A stretch of DNA of 34,426 nt from Eubacteriales bacterium (GTDB lineage Bacteria; Bacillota; Clostridia; Oscillospirales; UMGS1783): contig JAZNSU010000075.1 of NCBI GenBank assembly GCA_045591385.1, positions 1 through 34,426 on the forward strand, read 5' to 3'. Below are positions 19,671 through 27,373 of this stretch, piece by piece. The notes beneath the pieces were generated by a model. It made no database searches and had not been told where the DNA came from. It worked only from the letters and a program-made list of their open reading frames with translations. How positions within the stretch are numbered: the stretch's first letter is position 1; every line of letters begins with the position of its first letter. A program made the position numbers and the translations under genes.

Positions 19671-20780
19671 AAATGTGTACCCTAACGCCTCATAAACAAG
19701 GGTGCGAATGTTGGGATGCACGACATTGTAGGCAAACATGCAATTTCTCACTTGCTGAAGATACCCGATGGCAATCTCGCGGTCACTGTCCACAAGCGCA
19801 TAAGAACCGGCCGCACCGTCCCAGCCAAACTCACCGGCAGGCGCCGTGTTGTCTAACATCTCCGGATGCATGAGCGTACGCACGCCCAATCCGTAGCCGT
19901 GAGCCTTGAGCCAAGCCGTCTTGTGAAAATCCTGCAGACAGGTGTTATCTAACTGATTGGTCTTCATCAGATTCAGTGTTTCCTTTTTGAGCAGTTTGCC
20001 CTGCGAGAGCGCCGACAAGATCTTGGTGTAGTCCTCGGCACGTCCGATCATACCCGCCCCGCCGCTGTAATAATTTTTGCTGAAAATATAGGCACATTCC
20101 CCACCCATCGGGGTAATGGAATCACCATTGCTGTTAGCCATGTATTGAGCTACCAGTTTTCTGCGGTTGTTGTCATTGAAATTGTAGGCGATCTCGGTCA
20201 GCCCCAATGGCTGAAAGATCCACTCGTTCACGTACCTTTCAAAGGTCTTGCCCGTAATCACTTCGGCAATGGCCGCCAGAATGTCATGGCTTAAACTGTA
20301 CTGATAATGGGTACCCGGCTCAAAGGAGAGGGGTGTCTTGGCAATGGCATTCGCCAGAGTTACCGTATCGGCATGGGGATTTTGGCGGAGCGCCTCACAA
20401 ATCGAAGAACTCTTTAGGTCATAATTGAGCCCGCTTGTCATGGTAAATAAATGCCGCACCGTCATCACCGTCTGAGGACGGCTCCCATCTCGAAGCGTAA
20501 CATCGGCAAAGGCGGGCAGGTATTTCGATACCGGATCGTCCAGCCCCAACTTGCCTTCCTCAACCAAGTGCAATACCGCCGAGCAGGTGACCACCTTGGA
20601 GCAGGAATACAGAATGTAATGCTCCTCAGGATCCACTGATTGCTGTTTGAAATAATCGCTGTACCCGAATTGCTCTCGATAAACCAATTCTCCCTTATGA
20701 AACACCAAAACGTCGCATCCGGGAATCACGTTGCAGGGAATGGTCTTTTCTAAATACTCATGCAACTTTTCAAAACTCAT
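19665..20780 (-). CDS. beta-lactamase-fold serine hydrolase (class C / esterase family VIII-like)
   Basis: 371 aa. SxxK as SCSK near residue 60. Confidence 0.75.
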   Translation of the reverse strand: MSFEKLHEYLEKTIPCNVIPGCDVLVFHKGELVYREQFGYSDYFKQQSVDPEEHYILYSCSKVVTCSAVLHLVEEGKLGLDDPVSKYLPAFADVTLRDGSRPQTVMTVRHLFTMTSGLNYDLKSSSICEALRQNPHADTVTLANAIAKTPLSFEPGTHYQYSLSHDILAAIAEVITGKTFERYVNEWIFQPLGLTEIAYNFNDNNRRKLVAQYMANSNGDSITPMGGECAYIFSKNYYSGGAGMIGRAEDYTKILSALSQGKLLKKETLNLMKTNQLDNTCLQDFHKTAWLKAHGYGLGVRTLMHPEMLDNTAPAGEFGWDGAAGSYALVDSDREIAIGYLQQVRNCMFAYNVVHPNIRTLVYEALGYTFK

Positions 20781-20791
20781 GTCCGTTTTCC

Positions 20792-21394
20792 TTATAGTCC
20801 TAATGGCAATGTATAGCCGACCGCAATGCCGAGTACGGCCGAAATTCCAATGATGAGGATGGGATGCACCTTCTTAAAGGCCAGCACCGCCATGCCCGCA
20901 AAGATAACCAGCGACACGTAAAAGGGAATCCCCGAGAAAACGCTAAAATTCAGCCCATTCGGGAAGAACACCGTCTGTCCGATCGACAATACTGCCGCCG
21001 CAATCAAGCCGATTACGGCCGGTTTTAGCCCCGACATGGCGCCCTTGACGATGCGGTTGGATTTGAACTTTTCGTAGCACTTGGCCACAATCAGAATGAT
21101 GATAAAAGAGGGAAGCCCCACACCAAGGGTGGCACAACAGCCCCCAAGTAAACCGCCCCACATCCCAAGGCCGCCCGCCGTCTGCCCCATCTCGGTGCCC
21201 ACGTAGGTGGCAATATTCACGGCAAACGGGCCGGGGGTACTCTCGGCAATGGCGATAAAATTGACCAGCGCCTCACCGGTCAGCCAACCGTGGGAGATCA
21301 CCGCATCCTGAATCAGCGGGATCATGGCATAACCGCCGCCAAAGGTGAATAACCCAATCTGGAAAAAGGCCCAGAACAATTCTAAGAAAATCAT
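20792..21394 (-). CDS. chrA: chromate transporter family protein (short CHR, second half of pair)
   Basis: 200 aa. FTFGGGYAMIPL motif. 4-nt overlap with the upstream paralog. Confidence 0.8.
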   Translation of the reverse strand: MIFLELFWAFFQIGLFTFGGGYAMIPLIQDAVISHGWLTGEALVNFIAIAESTPGPFAVNIATYVGTEMGQTAGGLGMWGGLLGGCCATLGVGLPSFIIILIVAKCYEKFKSNRIVKGAMSGLKPAVIGLIAAAVLSIGQTVFFPNGLNFSVFSGIPFYVSLVIFAGMAVLAFKKVHPILIIGISAVLGIAVGYTLPLGL

Positions 21395-21945
21395 TTTCTC
21401 GTCCTCCTCTCCAACAGGAGTGAGGACACAATGCCGACGACAGCCGCCCCAATGATGATAAACAGCACATTGAGATCAAACAACGCCGAAATGAGGAAGG
21501 CGGCCGCCGCAATGGCGTAGGCTAATACCTGTTTGGGGCACTTCTTGGCCATTGTCCACAGCGACTTGAGAATCAGCGCCAGCACCCCCGCACGGATGCC
21601 GAAAAAGGCGTACCGCACCGCATCCACTTCTAAGAAGTTGCGTAGTACAAAGGCGATCAGGGTAATGATGAGGTAAGAGGGAAGCACAACGCCCAGCGTG
21701 GCACAGGCCGACCCCCAGAATCCCGCCACCCGACTGCCGATAAAGGTGGCTGAGTTAATCGCAATCGGACCGGGCGTGCTTTCGGCAATCGCCAATATTT
21801 CTAGGATATCATCCTCGGTCGCCCAACCGTGCTTCTCCACCACCTCACGCTGAATGAGCGGGATCATGGCATAGCCGCCCCCAAAGGTAAACAAGCCAAT
21901 CTTAAAAAAGGTGGAAAATAACGCCCACAATTTTTTCGCTTTCAT
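21391..21945 (-). CDS. chrA: chromate transporter family protein (short CHR, first half of pair)
   Basis: 184 aa. FTFGGGYAMIPLIQ motif. Paralog of the downstream gene. Confidence 0.8.
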   Translation of the reverse strand: MKAKKLWALFSTFFKIGLFTFGGGYAMIPLIQREVVEKHGWATEDDILEILAIAESTPGPIAINSATFIGSRVAGFWGSACATLGVVLPSYLIITLIAFVLRNFLEVDAVRYAFFGIRAGVLALILKSLWTMAKKCPKQVLAYAIAAAAFLISALFDLNVLFIIIGAAVVGIVSSLLLERRTRK

Positions 21946-21954
21946 AGATTCTCC

Positions 21955-21985
21955 TAAACAAAAAGTGCCGAGAACGGCACTTTTT
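21955..21985 (-). terminator. rho-independent terminator after the Rrf2 gene
   Basis: 10-bp stem AAAAGTGCCG / CGGCACTTTT with 4-nt loop. The minus strand reads a stem followed by TTTTTGTTT. Sits only about 10 nt upstream of the chrA RBS. Confidence 0.75.
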
Positions 21986-21989
21986 ATCT

Positions 21990-22412
21990 TTAATATTTTG
22001 CCTTTCCGTCCACAACCTGTTGAAAATCAATAGCCCCCAATCGTTTTCGCAGATCCTCGGCCATATCAATAAAGACATGACGCACGGGGCAGGGAAGCCC
22101 TTGCTTGACATCAGGATGTCCGCATTCATAATCCTCGCAGGTACAGCGATTGACGGGAATCTCCCCCTCAATGGCGGTAATGACATCGTACATCGAGATG
22201 TCTTTCGGGGCTTTTGCCAGCATGTAACCGCCCGACTTGCCCTTATAGGAGCGGACAATGCCTGCCAGCAGCAGTTTGCGAAGAATTTTAAGGGTGAACC
22301 GCAACGACACGCCAATGCGCTCAGAAAGGGTGGGCGCGTCGGTTTTTACGTTGTTGCAGGAAAAGACATAGACGATACGCAAGGCGTAATCGGCTTCGAG
22401 CGTAATGTTCAT
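21990..22412 (-). CDS. Rrf2-family transcriptional regulator (Cys-rich, possible Fe-S)
   Basis: 140 aa. N-terminal wHTH-like ADYALRIVYVF... and a Cys cluster CTCEDYEC...C. Confidence 0.8.
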   Translation of the reverse strand: MNITLEADYALRIVYVFSCNNVKTDAPTLSERIGVSLRFTLKILRKLLLAGIVRSYKGKSGGYMLAKAPKDISMYDVITAIEGEIPVNRCTCEDYECGHPDVKQGLPCPVRHVFIDMAEDLRKRLGAIDFQQVVDGKAKY

Positions 22413-22415
22413 GAA

Positions 22416-23285
22416 TTACTCAGCCTTAAAACCCGCAGCCTTACCCGACGAGCCGAACAGGCGCATCTTCTTCTTGACTACCTCTACGATAGCGGCACGA
22501 GCCGGACCGCAATAGTTACGGGGATCGAACTGCTCCGGATCCTCGCGGAAGACTTTCTTGATCCCCTCGGTGTTGGCCACGCGCAGATCGGTATCAATGT
22601 TGATCTTGCAGATACCCAGAGAAATGGCTTTCTTGATCTGCTCCTCGGAAATACCCGAAGCCCCGTGCAGTACCAGAGGTACCGAAACGGCCTTGCGGAT
22701 CTCAGCCAGACGGTCAAAGTCAAGTTTGGGTTCGCCCTTGTACTTGCCGTGTGCGGTACCGATGGCCACAGCCAAAGAGTCAACGCCGCTCTGCTCTACC
22801 AGGTAGGCGGCCTCTTCGGGATTGGTGTAAACGGCATCCTTCTCGTCAACCTGAACGTCATCCTCGATGCCGACCAGTTTGCCAAGTTCAGCTTCAACCG
22901 AAACGCCGACCGCATGAGCCGGAGCGCAAACGCTCTTGATCAGGGCAATGTTTTCCTCGATGGGCTTGGAAGAGCCGTCGATCATAACATTGGTCCAGCC
23001 ATGACGCAGGCAGTTTACGGTAGTTTCATATTTGAGACCGTGATCCAGATTCAGCACAACAGGAACGCTGGCCTTGGAAGCGGCGACCTTAAACATGGCA
23101 GACAGGTAATCGATACCCGCATAGCGGATCGCGCCCTCCGAGGTCTGCACAATAACCGGGGACTGTTCCTCTTCTGCCGCCTGAATAATGGCTTGCAGAA
23201 ATTCCATGTTGTTGAAGTTGAAGGCACCGCAGGCATAACCACGGCGCTGAGCGTCCAGCAGGACAGACTTACCAGATACGATCAT
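22416..23285 (-). CDS. fba: class II fructose-1,6-bisphosphate (ketose-bisphosphate) aldolase
   Basis: 289 aa. GAFNFNN, LNLDHG, GTAHG and LVLHGASG motifs. Confidence 0.88.
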   Translation of the reverse strand: MIVSGKSVLLDAQRRGYACGAFNFNNMEFLQAIIQAAEEEQSPVIVQTSEGAIRYAGIDYLSAMFKVAASKASVPVVLNLDHGLKYETTVNCLRHGWTNVMIDGSSKPIEENIALIKSVCAPAHAVGVSVEAELGKLVGIEDDVQVDEKDAVYTNPEEAAYLVEQSGVDSLAVAIGTAHGKYKGEPKLDFDRLAEIRKAVSVPLVLHGASGISEEQIKKAISLGICKINIDTDLRVANTEGIKKVFREDPEQFDPRNYCGPARAAIVEVVKKKMRLFGSSGKAAGFKAE

Positions 23286-23326
23286 TATAAATTCCTCCGT
23301 GAAAATATGTTTAGTTCCAAGTAGAT

Positions 23327-23355
23327 ATTATACCTTATCAGGAGAGTTTAATCAA
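23327..23355 (-). promoter_or_regulatory. candidate sigma-70 promoter for fba
   Basis: On the minus strand: TTGATT (23355-23350), 17-nt spacer, TATAAT (23332-23327). The -35 overlaps the yfhO stop codon. Confidence 0.6.
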
Positions 23356-25723
23356 GAGTTTTTTCGGCAATTGCGGCCATTCGCCGCAGGTTTTCCGCAT
23401 TTTTGCGTTTCTGTAGGTAGAAATGGTCATACCCAAGATAGAAAAGTATCGCTACCATCGCCAATCCCGCTATGCCAAACCCCATCGATAGTCCCGGTGT
23501 GCGGAAGGTAAAGGCAATCTCATTAGCACCGTCTTCGCATACAACCGCCATAAATCCGAGATTGACCCGTATAATTTCCGCATTCTTTCCGTTGACCGTG
23601 GCTGTCCATCCTTCTTCATAAGGTACGGAGAAGAAGACCGCCTGCTTTCCCTGCGCTTTAAAGGTACAGGTAAAGCCGGTTTTCGTGTAGGTGAAATTCT
23701 CGGCTGTCGCCTGTCGCCGTGCCGCCGCCACCGCGGGCAGATCCATCATCTCCATCGTTAGCATCGGATCGTCCACCGACTCCATAAAGGAGAGGAAATC
23801 CGCCTGTTCATCCTCTACCACAAGGGTGTTGAGCATCAGATAGGCGCGGGAAGTTTTAGCAAAATTCTCTTCCAACTGACTGCGGGTAATGAAATTGTCG
23901 TAGGTAAAGCCCATCGGGATATAGTAATCAAAGGTATAGACGCGGTTACCGTTATCCTCATGGGAATAGGTGTAGTTTGGGTACTCGTTCGCTACCGTCG
24001 AGTCCCCGTCAATCAGATACCGCACACTCAGCAGAGCGTGTAAGGGATCGTTATTGAGTTGCGGCTCGGTGTTCACGTCCCGCTTCTGCCCGATGTTGTG
24101 ATAGAAGTCAAAAATTGAACCGGGCACGACCGAGTGGAAAGCACGAATGGTGGGCATATTCCAATACATCCCCGCATTGGTCTCGGTGTTCACCGTGTCG
24201 ATCCGCTCGCCGTCCTGTAAGACCGTGGTCATATTCTCCCGCCCCTTAATGTTGCGCTGTACGTATTGGGCATGGTTGGTAATGGAGGAAGACCCCTTGG
24301 ATACTCCCACATAAAATACACCAAATAACAAGGTAAAACAGACCAAAACAACACCCAGTATAGGAGTCACATTTTCTTTGTGTTTGTGCGCGTATCGCAA
24401 AAGGAAAAAGACAAGGATCAGCCCCGTCACCGTGATAGCAATATGGGCATAGAGCAAGGGCAGATTGGGTGCCAGCCCTAAACTTTCGGTTTCCTTGTTG
24501 TAGATCAGCGCTTGCGGCACACATAATCCAAGCGAGATCAGCGCCGTAATACCAATGCCCCATTTCCATTCTTTCCAACTACATTCTTCTGCGGCTTTCA
24601 TGGTGATCAGCGCCAGCATCAGCACAAAGGCAAAAAACCAACGGGTGTAATAGTTATTGGAAAAAAGTTGGAACATCGAGTTGAGGATGGGCACAAAGGC
24701 CATCACAAACAAAACCACGCACAGATGGGAGAAGAAGTCCCGCGGCCGTCGCCGCAGCCAGGTCATCGCCCCCGTAAAGCCAAACAGGGGCAGCCATGCC
24801 GTCACCGAACTCCATTTAGCCCCCGCATCGGGGAAAATGTTGGGGGCGGAGCAGATCTCTGGCGGCAGGAAAAAGGCCTGCAAAATCTGATAGGGGCGCT
24901 GTACTTCATAGTAGGTGATCCACGCCCAGCCCTCTAAATGGGTAGCGGCGCGGTCGATCTGCAAGGTGGTCAGCACGGCGGGCAATACGATAAAGGCAGC
25001 CAAGGCAAACCCCGCCACACATTCAAAGGCTAAGGAGCACAGCCGTTTGAAGTTGAGATCAGGCCAGCCCTTGGTGAGCACCCGCACAAAAAAGTAAATA
25101 ATGACGAAAATTACTTCGGCAACGAAGAAATAATAGTTGGTTAAAGCGTTCAAAAAGACCGAAAAACAGAGAAAACCCTTCTTATTTTCACTCAAAAGCT
25201 TCTCCAAACCGATCAAAATCAGCGGAAAAAAGGCAATAATATCGTGAAAATGATTAAAAAAGATGTTATAAAAACAGAATCCCGAGAAGGCATAAAGCAG
25301 GGATCCGAGAAAAGCATTGTTCTTTTTCTTTAAAAATCGTTTCAAAAATCCGTACGCTGTCGTAGCCGCCACCGCCGTTTTGAGCACAATCAAAAAGGGG
25401 ATCGACCCTGCCACCCAGTCCATGGGCAGCAGAAGGGTCAGCCAGAAAAAGGGCGACCCGATCAGATAAAAGGCATAAGACCCGATAAAGTTAGACCCTA
25501 AATCGGTGTTCCAGTTCCACATCAGTTCGCCGTTTCGGATTGACTCGTTGGCCTCGATATAAAAGGGGATCTGCTGGCAGTTGTAGTCCCCGATATAGAT
25601 AAAGTAGCCTCCGTCCATCAACACAAAGGGGAGCATGACCGCCAGCATCAGCAGAAAGGCGCAGACAAAGACAATCAAATACTGTTGCCATGGCTTTTTG
25701 TGAGTTAAGGACAGTCGTTTCAT
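23348..25723 (-). CDS. YfhO-family polytopic membrane protein
   Basis: 791 aa from ATG 25723, with GGAGG 7 nt upstream. The track start at 25789 overlaps the NUDIX gene. Many TM helices plus a C-terminal extracytoplasmic domain. Confidence 0.7.
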   Translation of the reverse strand: MKRLSLTHKKPWQQYLIVFVCAFLLMLAVMLPFVLMDGGYFIYIGDYNCQQIPFYIEANESIRNGELMWNWNTDLGSNFIGSYAFYLIGSPFFWLTLLLPMDWVAGSIPFLIVLKTAVAATTAYGFLKRFLKKKNNAFLGSLLYAFSGFCFYNIFFNHFHDIIAFFPLILIGLEKLLSENKKGFLCFSVFLNALTNYYFFVAEVIFVIIYFFVRVLTKGWPDLNFKRLCSLAFECVAGFALAAFIVLPAVLTTLQIDRAATHLEGWAWITYYEVQRPYQILQAFFLPPEICSAPNIFPDAGAKWSSVTAWLPLFGFTGAMTWLRRRPRDFFSHLCVVLFVMAFVPILNSMFQLFSNNYYTRWFFAFVLMLALITMKAAEECSWKEWKWGIGITALISLGLCVPQALIYNKETESLGLAPNLPLLYAHIAITVTGLILVFFLLRYAHKHKENVTPILGVVLVCFTLLFGVFYVGVSKGSSSITNHAQYVQRNIKGRENMTTVLQDGERIDTVNTETNAGMYWNMPTIRAFHSVVPGSIFDFYHNIGQKRDVNTEPQLNNDPLHALLSVRYLIDGDSTVANEYPNYTYSHEDNGNRVYTFDYYIPMGFTYDNFITRSQLEENFAKTSRAYLMLNTLVVEDEQADFLSFMESVDDPMLTMEMMDLPAVAAARRQATAENFTYTKTGFTCTFKAQGKQAVFFSVPYEEGWTATVNGKNAEIIRVNLGFMAVVCEDGANEIAFTFRTPGLSMGFGIAGLAMVAILFYLGYDHFYLQKRKNAENLRRMAAIAEKTLD

Positions 25724-26250
25724 AGCCACGCCTCCGCCCGAGAAAGCGCACAAATCGTTTTGGCATCGTTTATTTCGCCGTTTTTGCACATGGTCAGCAC
25801 TTGAGTAAGGGGAAGTTTGATAATGTCTAAAAACTCATCCTCGTCGGGATGGGTGTGGGTATAGGTCAGATCCTTGGCTAAATACAAATGGATTTTCTCC
25901 GAGCAATAGCCGCAGGTAGGAATGATATGGCCCAGGTCACGCCAAGTGGCGGCGACGGCGCCGACTTCTTCTTCCAATTCCCGACGGATAGCCGACGACG
26001 GCTCTTCGCCTTCCTCCAGCTTGCCTGCGGGGATCTCTAACATCTCGCAGCCTAAGGCATAACGATATTGCCTGACTAAGAAGATCTCGCCCTGCTCGGT
26101 TACGGCAAGTACCGCCACGCCGCCCCGATGCTCGACGATCTCCCGCATCGATTCCTGTCCGTTGGGGCAGAGAACGCGGTCGTGTTTGACGTGAATGACC
26201 CGCCCGTCAAATACCGTTTGGGTTGTCAAGGTTTTTTCGGTTTTATCCAT
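25720..26250 (-). CDS. NUDIX hydrolase (ADP-ribose pyrophosphatase-like)
   Basis: 176 aa. Nudix box GKLEEGEEPSSAIRRELEEEVGA. Confidence 0.88.
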   Translation of the reverse strand: MDKTEKTLTTQTVFDGRVIHVKHDRVLCPNGQESMREIVEHRGGVAVLAVTEQGEIFLVRQYRYALGCEMLEIPAGKLEEGEEPSSAIRRELEEEVGAVAATWRDLGHIIPTCGYCSEKIHLYLAKDLTYTHTHPDEDEFLDIIKLPLTQVLTMCKNGEINDAKTICALSRAEAWL

Positions 26251-26290
26251 AATTTACGCCATCCCTTCATACTGTTTATGGGGTGATCTG

Positions 26291-27160
26291 ATGAATTCAT
26301 TATATAAGCAATCCTTAGATGCGGAGTATACCAAAGAACTGTGCGCACAACTTGTCAAAATCGGGGCTCGCTCTCAAAGTATTGGGCAGAGCGTGATGGG
26401 GCGGGACATTCCCGTTCTTACCTTGGGAGAAGGCAAGCGCCGACTGCTGTATCTGTGCGGTACCCATGCTGCCGAAACGGTGGCGGGTCTTGTCCTGCTT
26501 GGCTTTGCCTATGACCTGCTGACCCTGCGGGAGATTTGTGCCATTCCCTGTCGGCAGGCGCTTTCCAAGTGCACCTTGCATATTCTTCCTTTACTCAATC
26601 CCGACGGGGCTGAGATCGCACAGGGGCGCATCGCCCAAGATGATCGACCGCGGCTGCTCTTTTTTAATGAGGGTCATGAGGACTTTTCTCGCTGGCAGGC
26701 CAATGCAAGGGGGGTCGATCTCAACCACAATTTTGATGCCGACTTCGCCCGCGGCAAGATGCTGGAGCGTGAGCATGGCATCTTCGGTCCGTCACCCACC
26801 CGGTACGGCGGGAAAGAACCCTTTTCCGAGCCTGAAACGACCGCCGTGCGGGAGTTTATCGAGAAGGAGGGTATTCATGCTCTCTTTGCCTTTCATACCC
26901 AAGGCGAGGAGATTTACCACGCAGGGGCGGGGTCGGAGGCTATGGCTCGCATTTTTGCCAAGGCATGCGGGTATACGGTGAGCGCCCCTGAGGGGATCGC
27001 CGCCTGCCGCGGAGCTAAGGACTGGTTTTGTAAGACCTACAACCGCCCCGGTTTCACGGTAGAGATGGGGCGGGGGCAAAACCCGTTGCCGGTGCAGGAT
27101 GGCTGTGCCATCTACCGCAAATGTCAGGAAATGCTCATGCTAACTACCATTATATCCTAA
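26291..27160 (+). CDS. M14-family zinc carboxypeptidase (gamma-D-glutamyl-diamino-acid peptidase-like)
   Basis: 289 aa from ATG 26291. HxxE zinc motif as GTHAAE. The longer track ORF from 26195 overlaps the NUDIX gene. Confidence 0.65.
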   Translation: MNSLYKQSLDAEYTKELCAQLVKIGARSQSIGQSVMGRDIPVLTLGEGKRRLLYLCGTHAAETVAGLVLLGFAYDLLTLREICAIPCRQALSKCTLHILPLLNPDGAEIAQGRIAQDDRPRLLFFNEGHEDFSRWQANARGVDLNHNFDADFARGKMLEREHGIFGPSPTRYGGKEPFSEPETTAVREFIEKEGIHALFAFHTQGEEIYHAGAGSEAMARIFAKACGYTVSAPEGIAACRGAKDWFCKTYNRPGFTVEMGRGQNPLPVQDGCAIYRKCQEMLMLTTIIS

Positions 27161-27169
27161 TTGTGATAG

Positions 27170-27205
27170 AAAAACAAGAACCCCGCACGGGGTTCTTGCT
27201 TTTTT
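27170..27205. terminator. bidirectional rho-independent terminator
   Basis: 10-bp stem CAAGAACCCC / GGGGTTCTTG with GCAC loop. A-run on the left and T-run on the right. Lies between convergent genes. Confidence 0.9.
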
Positions 27206-27214
27206 GAGAGGAGT

Positions 27215-27370
27215 TTACTTTTTATTATGACAGTGCTCGCTCATGGCGCAGCCTTGACAGCCGCAAGAGCAGGAGCCCTTGCCTTTTTTCTTATTGTGAA
27301 TATGCAGGAGGATCACGGCGACTACCGCCGCTACAATTCCGCCTAAGATTACATAGTCAATCGGTTTCAT
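27215..27370 (-). CDS. FeoB-associated Cys-rich small membrane protein
   Basis: Hand-translated 51 aa: MKPIDYVILGGIVAAVVAVILLHIHNKKKGKGSCSCGCQGCAMSEHCHNKK. One TM helix plus a Cys/His tail. Starts 3 nt after the feoB stop. Not in the ORF track. Confidence 0.7.
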   Translation of the reverse strand: MKPIDYVILGGIVAAVVAVILLHIHNKKKGKGSCSCGCQGCAMSEHCHNKK

Positions 27371-27373
27371 ATT

